64,000 bases of DNA from the NCBI GenBank assembly GCA_963696385.1, contig CAVOKF010000008.1, positions 544,001-608,000 of the forward strand, given 5' to 3'. The DNA comes from an uncultured delta proteobacterium (lineage in GTDB: Bacteria > Myxococcota_A > Polyangia > Polyangiales > Polyangiaceae). Made by a program: the position numbers and the translations under genes. Shown here piece by piece: positions 39,683 to 50,336 of this stretch. Below the pieces are notes generated by a model that saw only the letters and a list, made by a program, of their open reading frames with translations, was not told where the DNA came from and did no database searches. Each line of letters begins with the position of its first letter. Position 1 is the first letter of the stretch.

Positions 39683-41371
39683 TCACGGGATACCAGACCT
39701 CGATGCGCTTGGGTCGACGCCGTGAAGCAATCCCCCCGCCCTTTCACCCTCAACCGCGGCTCTACCGGTATTGCCGACCACGCGCCCGCCTTCGAGCGTC
39801 ACGACGTGGGCCGCGACGCCCAAAAGCTCCGGTGTATGGGCAGCGAAAATGACCCCGTGCTCCCGGGCGAGCTCTCGGATCACGTCGGCTACGAGAGCGA
39901 TTCCGGCGCGGTCGAGGTTGGCGTCCGGTTCGTCGAGAACGAACAGACTCGCGTCGCGGCTCAGAAGACGGGCCAGCGCGATGCGTTGCCGCTCGCCGAC
40001 CGAGAGCGTGTCGACCCGCACTTTCAACGGATCGCGCCCGCCTCGTTGCAGCGAAGGCAAGATACCGACCCGGTAGAGCGCCCACAGCACGCGTTCATCG
40101 TCCGCTGCCGGCGCAAGCCAGCGCACCGCCTGCGCCACATCCGAGCGGGGCGGCAGGTACGGCCGTTGAGGCATGAAGGCGACCTGCCGCCGCCACGCGT
40201 CGGCGTCGACCTGCGCAAGGGCCACGCCTCCGACGCGCACAGCGCCCGACACAGGAGCGGCTAGTGCCAGAAGCAGCCGTAGACACGTGCTTTTGCCCGA
40301 CCCGTTGGGCCCCGCGAGCGCGAGCGCCCCCCTGCCCTCCCAGGTGAAACTCACCTCGCGCAGCGCGGGCGCACCGGCGACGCCCGGGTAGCCAAACGAG
40401 ACCTGGTCGAATCTCACCTCGCCGCGAGGCGTCTCCGAAGCGCAAGTCCCCCCAAGAGGCGCCACCGCGGATCGAATCACATGGGCCACGACGCCCACCC
40501 AGCGCTCGACCCGCGTGAGGCCGTGAATCCCTTGGGCCACACCGGCAAACGCGGGCGTCACACTGGCGAAGAGGGCCACTTCGGCGAGGCTCGCACTGGC
40601 CGACTGTCGGATCGAGGGGCTCAGCACGAGCGCGACCGCCACGAGAATGGCGATCGCCAAGAGAGGCAGGCGCCCGGAAAGGGCCGAGGATCCCGCGACG
40701 GCCGCTCCCGCCGCGCCCCAGTCGGCGGTCCGCCGTCGAAGCTTTTCGAGAAATGGCCCTCGAAAGCCGGAGGCGACGACTTCGAGCCGTCCGTCGAGGA
40801 TATCGGCGAACGTCTCGTAGGCCTGCTCCTGGACGTCCCACGCACGCGCCACCGCCCGCTCGACGGATCGACGCGACACGAGGAGCGCGCCCGCCGCGAC
40901 GACGGTGAGAGTCCCTGCGAGCAGGACAAACCGCGCGGGCTCGACCCGGACCACCCAGGCACCGAGGATCACGCACGACACGAGGTCGGCGACCAAATTG
41001 GGCAAGGTCCGCGAGACGGCCTGCGCGGCGTGAAAAATCGCCGTGACGATCTCGATTCGGGCGTCGTCTTCCGAAGAGACGTTGGCCCGCAGAACGTCGC
41101 CGTCGAGGACGGCTGCGGCGGTGCGATCGAGGAGATCGGCCTCGGTGCGCGCCGCGAACGCGTGCTGCGTCAACGTATGCGCCGTGAAGACGACGCTGAG
41201 AACGAGAGCCAGGCCAAGCTGTAGGGGAAGGCTTGACCCGAAGAGGACCCACGCCATGGCCGGCGCGAGGAGGCGTTGCATCAGCGCGGACCCGCTGACG
41301 ACGGTCGCTCGCCGCAGGATCGCTGGCGTGGCCAGGAGGCGACCTTCGTCGAAGACCGTGCGAAGCCGCAT
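39683..41371 (-). CDS. ABC exporter, fused permease and ATPase
   Basis: N-terminal TM helices; GPNGSGKST, LSVGERQR, VLDEPDANLD, AAH. Confidence 0.9.
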   Translation of the reverse strand: MRLRTVFDEGRLLATPAILRRATVVSGSALMQRLLAPAMAWVLFGSSLPLQLGLALVLSVVFTAHTLTQHAFAARTEADLLDRTAAAVLDGDVLRANVSSEDDARIEIVTAIFHAAQAVSRTLPNLVADLVSCVILGAWVVRVEPARFVLLAGTLTVVAAGALLVSRRSVERAVARAWDVQEQAYETFADILDGRLEVVASGFRGPFLEKLRRRTADWGAAGAAVAGSSALSGRLPLLAIAILVAVALVLSPSIRQSASASLAEVALFASVTPAFAGVAQGIHGLTRVERWVGVVAHVIRSAVAPLGGTCASETPRGEVRFDQVSFGYPGVAGAPALREVSFTWEGRGALALAGPNGSGKSTCLRLLLALAAPVSGAVRVGGVALAQVDADAWRRQVAFMPQRPYLPPRSDVAQAVRWLAPAADDERVLWALYRVGILPSLQRGGRDPLKVRVDTLSVGERQRIALARLLSRDASLFVLDEPDANLDRAGIALVADVIRELAREHGVIFAAHTPELLGVAAHVVTLEGGRVVGNTGRAAVEGERAGGLLHGVDPSASRSGIP

Positions 41372-41659
41372 CGGACGGCATCTTAGGCGACAGGGCGAAA
41401 TTCGAATGGCTCATCGCCCTCGTTGGACGTCCGCAGCAGCCGCGCTTGCTGGCTTGGTCGGGACAGCGCGGCTGCCGCTCGCCTTGGTTACGCTGGCACT
41501 CGGCCTATAGTGCCGCCGCGTTAGCTCATGACAAATAGATTGTTCTTGAGCCACGGCATTCCCGCAGACGGTCCTAGCAAGGAATTGCGAATCGGCCGTG
41601 GCACCAATTGGCTAGCACGCCTCGCCGAGGCCAAGCACCCCGTCGATATCAGAGGACGG

Positions 41660-44600
41660 ATGTTTCGCTACCGAGTCTTGCTGGCTCTCCTCGGGTGCCT
41701 GACAGCGATCGGTGCGCCGGCGACTGCGAACGAGACGACTCTGGTCGTGTCGCGTGAGGACCCTTCGTTCGACGTTGCTACCAGCCGCCTTGCAGCGGGC
41801 CGGGATGGTCGCGTCTATCTTGCCAGCAACCGCTTCGTTTTGGGCCTGTGGCCCGATGGATCCGGCAAGGCGGGCGGTGCCGTAACCTACGCGTTGCAGA
41901 TGGCGGCGGCGAACGCGGCCGGCGTCATCGCAACCGCGAATGCGCACTTCAATCACAGTGTCAATCTTTGGAGTCGCGATTTCACACACATCGGCGCGGT
42001 CGCGGACTTTCTCGTAAACGACCAGGTCCAGTGGTGGTCGCCGACGGACGTCGAGGCTGGCGAGAGCGGCGACTTCTACGGTCTCGACGCGAACCGACGT
42101 CGCATCGTCCGGGTCGCAGCGCCTGGACGCATCGTCACCACGTACTCGCTGGAACGCATCGCCGAGAGCACCGTCGGCAAGGTGCCCCAGCTGCGGGTCT
42201 GGGAGCGGGGCCGCCGGTTTTACGTGCTCAGTCAAAGCGGAATGGTCTCCGTTGTCGCCTTCGACGGGGCCTTGCTGTGGTCGACGCGTCTGCGCCCAGG
42301 CGGCTTCGACGTCGACGACAACGGCCGGCTCCTCGTCCTCGCAGGGACTGAAGACACCGTTCAGATTTACGACCCCGCGGGGAAAGCTTTGGCGCCGTTG
42401 CACGTGCATATGGGTGAACGCAAAGGCCGCGTGAGCGACTTGCGGGTGTTCCACGACAACCTCTTCGTCAAGCGGACAGACCCCACCGAGCTTTTCGAAG
42501 TATACGACCGCGCTTCTGGGGCCTTTCGGCGCGTTGTTCCGGCCGATGCGGAGGTCTTTCGAATTTCGCTTCCGAGCGCGATCTGGACGGCCGGCGCCGA
42601 CGTGCCTATCTCGGTTCAGCCGCTGCCATCCGACCACCCACCGCCGTCGCGGTGGCGCGCGTGGATCCGGCCGCTGGGCTTACCGGATTTCGCGGAGCTC
42701 CCATTTCGCAACGGACAGGCGAGCATTCCGCCCGACCTCGGGGGGCTCTATCAGCTGCGCCTCTCTCCCGACCTGCGAGGGGGGGACGGAGAATACCAAG
42801 TCGACAGCTCGGTCGATATCGTGGCACCGGGCCACCGCGGCGGGATTTCGATTTTCACCCCCAACAACCGATTCTACTACGGACGCGGAGAACCCATTCC
42901 CGTCACCGTCGTCGTTCGCGTGGGTGACACGTCCGAGAGGCCTGCGAGAATTCCGATCAAGCTCGTTGAGCATGGCCAAACGATCGCAGAGTGCGACGTC
43001 GATGTGCACCCCGAAGCGGTTTCACATCTCGATTTGAGTCCAGCACTGACCCGCGCCCTTCGGCCCGACCGCTACTCGCTGACGACCGAGGTCGCAGGGT
43101 TCACCGTAGCGTCTCAGCCGATCGAGATCGGCCCGGGCATCGAGCAGGCCCCAACGTTTAGCCTCGTCCAACATGGCGACTACGCGGCGTCGTTCCCTGC
43201 CGGTGGCATCTTTACCGCCCCCGAGAAGGTCGAAGCGCATTTGAACCGCGCGAAAAAGCTCGGCATCAATATGTTCGTCGATCGCTTGGGTCACGGCTTT
43301 GCAGGTGTATTGCCGCGAGTGGACCAGATGCTCACGGCCCAGGATCTGGTCTCGACCTTGAATGGCGACCCAGCTGCTGTCTCGCCCGAGAAGGCGACGG
43401 TCGAAGGGCCGGTACGCGCGAGCATCGCAGGATATGGGGCCTACGGCATTGAGGAGCGCGCCATTCTGCTCAGCATGGATGCGGGGCTTCCGCTCGGGAC
43501 CGGATACGACTCGCGCACGCCGGAGCAGATGATGGAAGCGGTCCGACACGTGACGACGAGCTTGCTGCCGTATCCGGCATTTCGCGGGTGGAGCTGGGCC
43601 GCAAACTGGTGGGTCCAGAAGCTCGGCGAGGATGCTGCCGACGGGCCCGCGGAAAGGGCCGACTACCGCGCAGCCCTCGGCCGGGCGGAGACCACTGGGA
43701 AGTGGGATCCGGTGCTCGACCGCGTCTCGGACCGGATGCTCGCTCCGGCGGTCGACGCGGAGCAGCGGCTCGATGCCGTCCTGCAACGAACGGCGCCCGG
43801 CAAGCTGAGCGTTATGACAGGCCCCTACCGCGCGGTGGGAGTTCTGCCGCCCGTCACGTTTCGCGCAGCCGACGAAGTCGACCTTCACTATCAAGCCGAA
43901 CAGATTCAGCCGCCGGAGGTCACGCCCGAGAACGTGGACTTCTACAAACGTCCGGGCAAGCGCGCGTGGGGTCACCCCGAGATCTGGAACGACGACGGCA
44001 CCGGCGCCATGCTTTTGCCCACGTTGTTGCAGATGGCCATGCGGGGTGCCGACGGGGTCGGCTGGTCCGGGGAGCAACCATGGAACGGTTCCGGCCCGAG
44101 CGATCCCCGGGCTTCGGCGCCCGGACAGCTGTCGGTCCTACGTGCGGTCGGTCAGCTGCTTCGCAACTATGGGCCCTGGCTCACCACGCTGCACGGCGCC
44201 GATCGCGTGGCCATCGCGGTGTCGTCGCGGATGATGCGAATCGATCATTGGGGGTCGAGCACGATGGGAGAGTACTTCGGTCGTCTGTACGAGGCGTACG
44301 GTGCGTGCCTTTACGCACACCGGCCCGCGAGCTTCGTATTTTCCGATGACGCTACACCCGAGACGCTGAAGCCTTTTCGCGCCGTGCTGGTCGTCGACCA
44401 ACGCGTTGAACTCGATCCCAGTCTTTCTGCCGCGCTCACGCAGGCCCGCGCCGCCGGCGTTGTGGAGTTCTACGACGGGGCGTCGCGTCCGGAGGTTCTT
44501 GGTGGCCTTACGCCGCTCGGAATCGCCTTCGATCAAGTTCCCCGAGATCCGAGCGTTTGGCAGGACGATTCCGCATACCGCCGAATTCCTGCTTACTTTG

Positions 44601-47548
44601 AGAAGGACGCCGAGACATTGCGTCGCGTCCTCGCCCCGTCGGTCACGCCTGTCGCGGAGGTCGACGACGCGGAGATTTTGCTCACCGAGCGCGTCTCCGG
44701 ACCGGGCCACTTCGTGTGGGTCGTCGACAACATCATCCCCGATCTGGATCCCGGACTCGCCTGGCGCACGGGGTTGATCATGTCGACGCGGTTGCCGCGG
44801 ATGGCACCCGTCAAGTTGAGCCAACCAGGCGGCGCGATTTACGATGTATTCGCTCTACGAGAAGCAAAAGCCACGAACGGAGTCATCGATGCGGATCTCC
44901 GCACCATGCCAGCGCGCCTTTACGCGATCCTGCCGCGCCGGATCGATGCCGTCGAGGCGACCGCGCCCGCAACCGTCGATGCCGGAGCGACGTTCGACTG
45001 GAGCGTGATCGTCCGTGACGACCGGCATCGTCCAATGGCTTCGAGCCTTCCGGTGCACGTCACGCTCGTCGCCAGCGACGGCTCCGTGATCCAGGAGACG
45101 ATCGGGGCAAGCTCCGCCGGCGGAATGATCGCCGGTCGTTGGGTCATGCCGCTCAATGCACCCTCCGGCCCGCTTGCCTTGCTGGCGTCGGAGCTCATCT
45201 CGGGCAAAACCGTGAGCGTTCCGATCCGCGCAGTCGTCGCTTCGCAGCCGGCAAATCTCCAGCAACGGGTACCGCATGCGGACCGGGCCACCGACGCCCC
45301 GATCACCGCGATAGGGCGCGCAGCGGACGCCGCAGACGCCCCCATCGAAGCGCGCTTCGGGCCCCACCTCAAAGACGTTGCCGTGTCGGGTAGCGGCGAC
45401 CTCGCCGTCTTCAACGCCATGAACTGGGACCAGAACCTGTATGCGGTGGATCTAAAGACTGGGGATGTTCGATGGCGTCGTCGCCTTGGGCATCATTTCA
45501 GTTACGATCCCCGCAGCACGGCGAGCGCCTTCGCCGTCCAGGCGTTCGATCGAACCTCCGCCGAGGGATACCACCTCTATCTGCTCGACCCGAACGGCAA
45601 GCCCGAGCGTCGCTTCGCGCTCTACGGCTTGCCCAAGCGAGCAACTACCTGGGACACGGGCCTCTACCCGGCCGACCGCATCGATCAATTTGCCGCGTCG
45701 CCGGCGGGCGATTGGGTCGCTAGCTCCGGCGATCTCGGTGTCGTCGTGTGGGATCGCGACGGTCGGCGACGTTGGAGCGTAGACGGGTGGAAGACGGGCG
45801 AGCGTCACATCACGCTGCTCGCCGCATTGGATCGCGAGACGCTCGTCGGCGTCGATTCGACGACGGTGACCGCGTACGACGCGCGCCACGGATCCCGTCG
45901 GTGGACGATTCGACTCGCCGCAACGGGCCATGCTCTCGGTGCGGTTGTGGGCGCGCCAGCGTCGAAAATGCTTGCGGTTCGGACCGACACAGACGGGGGG
46001 CAAGTATTTCTCATTCGCGACGGGAAGCTCCTGGCGGCCGTTCCGTCGCCGGCGGACGACCTGGCGCTATCGCCGGACGGTGAGCGGTTGGCCGTCACGA
46101 CGGGCACGTCGCTCAAATGGTACTCGAACTCGGGCGCCTTGATCTGGAGTTTCACGGGCGACGACGTGCTGCGCCGTCCGACGATTAGCGTCGATGGTCA
46201 GCGGATCGCGGTCGGAAGCGAGCTCGGGACTCTGTACGTCCTGTCTGCCTCTGGGCAGATTTTTTGGGAGCACGATTGTCAGGCGTTGCCGGTAGCCCAC
46301 TGGCTCGACGGAGGTGATTTGCTGGTCGGATCGTGGATGGGACACGTGCAGCGTTTCGACGACGGCTACCGTGAGATCTGGCACACGCACCTCTCGCCCA
46401 CGACCCGCGACATTCGTCCGGCGCTTCTAGCCAAGGATGCAACGCCGACGACGCGCGTCGAGTCGTGGGGCAACGCGGCGCCCACGGCCGCACCGCTCGT
46501 CCCGAACCTGCTGACTGAAACGCACGCGCTCATCCACGCGACGATGAACGACCGCCGTCAGGAGTGGCAGAACCCGATCGCGGCGATGACCGACGGTAAG
46601 CCCGACCCACCGCCTGGGCCGTGGCTCACGTGGACGTCGATCAACTACGTCGACTCGGGCTGGTTTGGGCCCCTGAGCTTCGAAGTCGACACCTTCCATT
46701 CGCAGATCCGGCTTCGAGGCATCACGTTCGTCGAGGATGAGTCGCACCCGGAATCGTGGTCGCGCGATGTCCGCCTCCAATCCTGGGATGCTGCGCAAGA
46801 GCGATGGACCGACGGCCGTTGCCTGCTGTCGGACACCGCAACGCACACTCACTGGCTGGATCCGCCCCTCGAAGCGGCTCGCTTTCGATTCGTCACGACG
46901 GGTGGCGCAGCGTGGCCCGTTGGCAACATCCGTTTGGGAGAGATCGTGTTTCACGGAGAGCTGCTCGGCGGCTCCCATCCCGACGTCGCCGCGAAGAGAG
47001 CCATCGCCGTGCTGTTCGACGAGCAAGAGAGCGACTTTCGGACGATGATCCGTGGACGGGACCACCCGTTTTCGATCGCCTTCGGAGACGCGTATTCAGG
47101 CGGCAAGTCGCTCGTATTGACGGCGGCGGGCACGACCGCGCCCGCGTACGAACCGCCGTTCGGTCATGCCCTGCCCGATTGGGACTTTGAAATCGAAGAG
47201 CACCCCAAGCCGGGACAATACCGATGGATTCAGTTCGCGTGGAGAGCGCTCTCGCCAGACACCACCGGCATGTCGCTGCTGCTTGGCAAACCGTGGCCCG
47301 GCGGCGGTTATGCCTTCGAGGCGGGGACGCAAGCATGGCGCGAGGGCGTCCTTGCGACGAAGAGTGTGGCAGCGGCGCCGCCGCAGGCCTGGCAAGTCGT
47401 GCGTGCGGATCTCTGGTCGCTATACCGGCATCCACTCCGCATCCAGGAGATGAGCCTCGCCGCTACCGGTGGGGGCGCTGCGTTCGACCAAATCGTGCTC
47501 GGACGGACAGAAACCGACCTGGATCGCGTGGCGAGAGCCCCGCCATGA
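41660..47548 (+). CDS. Giant secreted multidomain protein (~1960 aa) with beta-propellers and a possible glycoside-hydrolase-like core
   Basis: AGAGGA RBS then MFRYRVLLALLGCLTAIGAPATA signal; NHL-like N-terminal repeats; PQQ/BamB-type repeats (YAVDLKTGDVRW, AYDARHGSRRW, GALIWSF, GQIFWEH); Trp-rich C-terminal modules. Confidence 0.8.
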   Translation: MFRYRVLLALLGCLTAIGAPATANETTLVVSREDPSFDVATSRLAAGRDGRVYLASNRFVLGLWPDGSGKAGGAVTYALQMAAANAAGVIATANAHFNHSVNLWSRDFTHIGAVADFLVNDQVQWWSPTDVEAGESGDFYGLDANRRRIVRVAAPGRIVTTYSLERIAESTVGKVPQLRVWERGRRFYVLSQSGMVSVVAFDGALLWSTRLRPGGFDVDDNGRLLVLAGTEDTVQIYDPAGKALAPLHVHMGERKGRVSDLRVFHDNLFVKRTDPTELFEVYDRASGAFRRVVPADAEVFRISLPSAIWTAGADVPISVQPLPSDHPPPSRWRAWIRPLGLPDFAELPFRNGQASIPPDLGGLYQLRLSPDLRGGDGEYQVDSSVDIVAPGHRGGISIFTPNNRFYYGRGEPIPVTVVVRVGDTSERPARIPIKLVEHGQTIAECDVDVHPEAVSHLDLSPALTRALRPDRYSLTTEVAGFTVASQPIEIGPGIEQAPTFSLVQHGDYAASFPAGGIFTAPEKVEAHLNRAKKLGINMFVDRLGHGFAGVLPRVDQMLTAQDLVSTLNGDPAAVSPEKATVEGPVRASIAGYGAYGIEERAILLSMDAGLPLGTGYDSRTPEQMMEAVRHVTTSLLPYPAFRGWSWAANWWVQKLGEDAADGPAERADYRAALGRAETTGKWDPVLDRVSDRMLAPAVDAEQRLDAVLQRTAPGKLSVMTGPYRAVGVLPPVTFRAADEVDLHYQAEQIQPPEVTPENVDFYKRPGKRAWGHPEIWNDDGTGAMLLPTLLQMAMRGADGVGWSGEQPWNGSGPSDPRASAPGQLSVLRAVGQLLRNYGPWLTTLHGADRVAIAVSSRMMRIDHWGSSTMGEYFGRLYEAYGACLYAHRPASFVFSDDATPETLKPFRAVLVVDQRVELDPSLSAALTQARAAGVVEFYDGASRPEVLGGLTPLGIAFDQVPRDPSVWQDDSAYRRIPAYFEKDAETLRRVLAPSVTPVAEVDDAEILLTERVSGPGHFVWVVDNIIPDLDPGLAWRTGLIMSTRLPRMAPVKLSQPGGAIYDVFALREAKATNGVIDADLRTMPARLYAILPRRIDAVEATAPATVDAGATFDWSVIVRDDRHRPMASSLPVHVTLVASDGSVIQETIGASSAGGMIAGRWVMPLNAPSGPLALLASELISGKTVSVPIRAVVASQPANLQQRVPHADRATDAPITAIGRAADAADAPIEARFGPHLKDVAVSGSGDLAVFNAMNWDQNLYAVDLKTGDVRWRRRLGHHFSYDPRSTASAFAVQAFDRTSAEGYHLYLLDPNGKPERRFALYGLPKRATTWDTGLYPADRIDQFAASPAGDWVASSGDLGVVVWDRDGRRRWSVDGWKTGERHITLLAALDRETLVGVDSTTVTAYDARHGSRRWTIRLAATGHALGAVVGAPASKMLAVRTDTDGGQVFLIRDGKLLAAVPSPADDLALSPDGERLAVTTGTSLKWYSNSGALIWSFTGDDVLRRPTISVDGQRIAVGSELGTLYVLSASGQIFWEHDCQALPVAHWLDGGDLLVGSWMGHVQRFDDGYREIWHTHLSPTTRDIRPALLAKDATPTTRVESWGNAAPTAAPLVPNLLTETHALIHATMNDRRQEWQNPIAAMTDGKPDPPPGPWLTWTSINYVDSGWFGPLSFEVDTFHSQIRLRGITFVEDESHPESWSRDVRLQSWDAAQERWTDGRCLLSDTATHTHWLDPPLEAARFRFVTTGGAAWPVGNIRLGEIVFHGELLGGSHPDVAAKRAIAVLFDEQESDFRTMIRGRDHPFSIAFGDAYSGGKSLVLTAAGTTAPAYEPPFGHALPDWDFEIEEHPKPGQYRWIQFAWRALSPDTTGMSLLLGKPWPGGGYAFEAGTQAWREGVLATKSVAAAPPQAWQVVRADLWSLYRHPLRIQEMSLAATGGGAAFDQIVLGRTETDLDRVARAPP

Positions 47549-47593
47549 AAAGCGGCTACGAAGGTCGGGCCTCTGACGCTACAGTGGGGACGC

Positions 47594-47731
47594 ATGCCCT
47601 GGCGACGCACCGGCCGCAAACGTAAGAAGAGCCTCAAACCAAGCCCCTTGCCAGGACCGGGGCTGAGCCTCTTCATCGTCGTCCTCGCCACTGCCGTGGG
47701 AGCGTTTGCGGCAAAAAACTGCGGGGCCTAA
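47594..47731 (+). CDS. Possible 45-aa small membrane protein
   Basis: Not in ORF track: MPWRRTGRKRKKSLKPSPLPGPGLSLFIVVLATAVGAFAAKNCGA; GGGGA before ATG. Confidence 0.4.
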   Translation: MPWRRTGRKRKKSLKPSPLPGPGLSLFIVVLATAVGAFAAKNCGA

Positions 47732-47800
47732 GGGGCCAGTATCTGTGTCGCCGAGTGGTGAGGACTGTAGGCTACCGAGTTGCGGCTCGGCCGGTTTGCG

Positions 47801-48361
47801 ATGATCCGGATCTGGTCTTTCGCGCCGATCCTGGTGCTCTCGTGCGATACGCCAGGCCCCCTCGCTGGCGTTGACGCTTCGTCGCCCTGGCCCCACGCCT
47901 CGGCGCCCTCGGTGACCCAGAGCGCTGCTTCGTCTTCGGCGATCGACGCCGCGGCTTCCGGCGGCCGGTCGATGCCGCCCCGACCGGTCCCAACGACCAG
48001 CCCAACGGTCCGAATCACCATGCCGGTCGAGACGCAGCTGCAAGCCATTCAATACATGCAAGCGATGCAGGCGCCGCAACCGAACGACGCGCCGGCGGAC
48101 CCGGCGTACGCTAAGCAGATCGCCGCTGCGCTGGCACCGATCGGCAAGCCCGACGTGGTCTCGAGCGGACGCCGCATCGACGTCGTCTTGTCGAAGGGTT
48201 GCGACGCGACATGGCCGAAGCAGGCCATCGCACGGCACACGGGCGCTACACTCGGCGCGATGCTGGCGCACGGCGTGCTCGTCCTTCGTTGTGCCGATCG
48301 CGAGGTGCAATGCCTTCAGAGCACTCGGGACGCGGACGATGTTCTTTGCACGCACAAGTGA
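47801..48361 (+). CDS. Putative lipoprotein
   Basis: ILVLSC signal, Ser/Pro linker, Cys-containing C-terminal domain. Confidence 0.65.
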   Translation: MIRIWSFAPILVLSCDTPGPLAGVDASSPWPHASAPSVTQSAASSSAIDAAASGGRSMPPRPVPTTSPTVRITMPVETQLQAIQYMQAMQAPQPNDAPADPAYAKQIAAALAPIGKPDVVSSGRRIDVVLSKGCDATWPKQAIARHTGATLGAMLAHGVLVLRCADREVQCLQSTRDADDVLCTHK

Positions 48362-48414
48362 CGGGACGTTCGTCCCATCGTTCACCTCAGCATGGATCCC
48401 ATGAGGGGCTGAAC

Positions 48415-50277
48415 CTACGGCGCGTCCCACGTTCCGACCCATGCGCGGCCCGCCCGAACGCAAGCCACATGCGTCGTATCGTTACTGATTGCGCAATCGC
48501 GCTGCTCGGCGAACGTCCCGTCGAGCTCAGAGCCGCGCAGCCAGCGCGAGCGCCCAGGACCGCGAACGATGAAGCCCACGTCGGTTGGCACGACGTAGGT
48601 CCGGCCGTCGGGCGAGCGCGGGGCGCCCGGGCGCATCGGCTGGCCCAGAAACGTGGCCAAAAGCGATGCGCGCGTGAGATCGGACGAGACCAAAATCGGC
48701 TCGCCATCGACGATGGCTTCCAAGCCGGCCGGGCCCCACGCCACAGGGGTCGTCTGCGTCGGCGCTCCGCGCGACCCCGTGCATCGGCCCGCGAGGGGCG
48801 GCGCCACCGGCAGCGCCACGTCGCGATTGTCGTCGCCGCTGGCGAGCTCGAACGTCGCTCGGAGCGGCAGGCCGTCGCACGGGTCATACGCCTCAATCCA
48901 GCGGGCGCCACCGTCGGGGGATACAACGCGCGGATCCCAATCCGGTACGTTCGCGGCGGCTTCGTCGCCGAAGTCGGGGTCGACGCGCACAACGCCAGCT
49001 CGTGTGCGAACCAGAAGCTTGCCGCCTGGTTCAAACGCGAGAGCGCCCCACGTCGGCTCGTGACTGCGAGGCGCGACCGGGACCGCCGCCACGGCACGCA
49101 CCAAGCGGGCGGTCGCCGCGGGGGCCAGTGCTGCGAGCCACTTCTGCGCCTCGGCCACACGCTGCGCCGTATGCGTCGCGGGCGGACGCTCGGCGCGATC
49201 GAGCGCCAGCGCGGTTCGAAGCGGATCGCCCATCGTGGCATACGCGCGTACGACGGCGAGGCCGAGGTCTTCCAGCGCGCGCCCGCTCCCGCACGTGATG
49301 GCGCCCGTGCCGGCCACGGCGAGCAGGCGCGGCGAGCCGCCGTCCGCGCACGCGGCGCGCCAAAGGGCACGCACTTGCGACGCATAGTTGGGCACTTCGG
49401 GAGCGTCCTGCATGTTCTTCGCGTGCCTCGTGGCGAGCGCCGCGAGCATCGAGAACGAGACCTCGGTCACCGTTGCGTCGCGGCTCAGACCGGCGGGACG
49501 ATCCGACCAGGCGAGAGTCGCCGAAACGCGTGGCCCCGGCTCGAGCGGTGGCCCACCGCCCTCGAGCATGACACGCAGGGCCACGTCGTCGCGCCCGTCT
49601 GCGTCCCGGTCAGAGACTTCTGCGTCGAGGGTCAAGGCGGGGGCGCCCTCAGGATCGGCGACGGTCGCGGCGAGGCGCACTTTGGGGTTCAGGCCACCGT
49701 CGATGACCGCGACCCAGCGCGCAGGACCCGTGGGCGGATGCTGGAGGCACTGCGCGCCCAGCTCCGCAAGGACGGAGCGCGCGCCGACGGCGACCAGCCG
49801 ATCGATCGCCAAGCAGTCGGCGTCTCGCGAAAGGCCCGCGGGCGGCGCAAATGTCGCCGCAACGGCCAGGATTCCGTCGTCGCCCGCTCCTCGGTAGTAG
49901 AGCACCTCACCGGGATCGTTGCCTTCCGCGGGGCGCGCGATGGCAAACGCTTCTTTGGCCCCGTCGCCGTCGAAGTCGCCGATGAGCGCGGAGGCGAAGA
50001 CGAGTCCATCCGGAGCGCCCAGCGTCACGCCCTCGACGATCCATTGCGTCGTGTTGGGCGGGGCTGCGGTCGCGTCGCGCTCGGCAAACCCGTCACCCGA
50101 CGAACTGGCGTCGGTGCCTCTCGACGCCGCGCTCATCGCCCCCTGCCCCATCGCCCCCTCCGGCTGCGCCGAGCCGATCGTGTACGGCACATAGGGACGA
50201 CCCCCTCGGCAGCCATGGCACCCCGCGCCCGCAACGAGGAGGACGGCGAGCAACACTCCGGGGACGACGTTCGCCAT
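48415..50277 (-). CDS. Large lipoprotein with FG-GAP-like Ca-binding motifs
   Basis: LLVAGAGC lipobox; GDFDGDGAKE and DRDADGRDDV motifs. Confidence 0.75.
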   Translation of the reverse strand: MANVVPGVLLAVLLVAGAGCHGCRGGRPYVPYTIGSAQPEGAMGQGAMSAASRGTDASSSGDGFAERDATAAPPNTTQWIVEGVTLGAPDGLVFASALIGDFDGDGAKEAFAIARPAEGNDPGEVLYYRGAGDDGILAVAATFAPPAGLSRDADCLAIDRLVAVGARSVLAELGAQCLQHPPTGPARWVAVIDGGLNPKVRLAATVADPEGAPALTLDAEVSDRDADGRDDVALRVMLEGGGPPLEPGPRVSATLAWSDRPAGLSRDATVTEVSFSMLAALATRHAKNMQDAPEVPNYASQVRALWRAACADGGSPRLLAVAGTGAITCGSGRALEDLGLAVVRAYATMGDPLRTALALDRAERPPATHTAQRVAEAQKWLAALAPAATARLVRAVAAVPVAPRSHEPTWGALAFEPGGKLLVRTRAGVVRVDPDFGDEAAANVPDWDPRVVSPDGGARWIEAYDPCDGLPLRATFELASGDDNRDVALPVAPPLAGRCTGSRGAPTQTTPVAWGPAGLEAIVDGEPILVSSDLTRASLLATFLGQPMRPGAPRSPDGRTYVVPTDVGFIVRGPGRSRWLRGSELDGTFAEQRDCAISNDTTHVACVRAGRAWVGTWDAP

Positions 50278-50336
50278 GCTCGAAATGTGGATGCACGATA
50301 GACAAGTCTCCGCCCGCGTGGGAGCTTCCGTGAGCC

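Noticed and set aside
41599..41613. Sigma-54 promoter (TGGCAC...GC) before the giant gene
   Set aside because: GG-to-GC spacing is 9 nt rather than the required 10.
45400..46400. Giant protein as a PQQ-dependent dehydrogenase linked to pqqA
   Set aside because: The repeats indicate only a propeller fold; no quinoprotein catalytic motifs were recognised.
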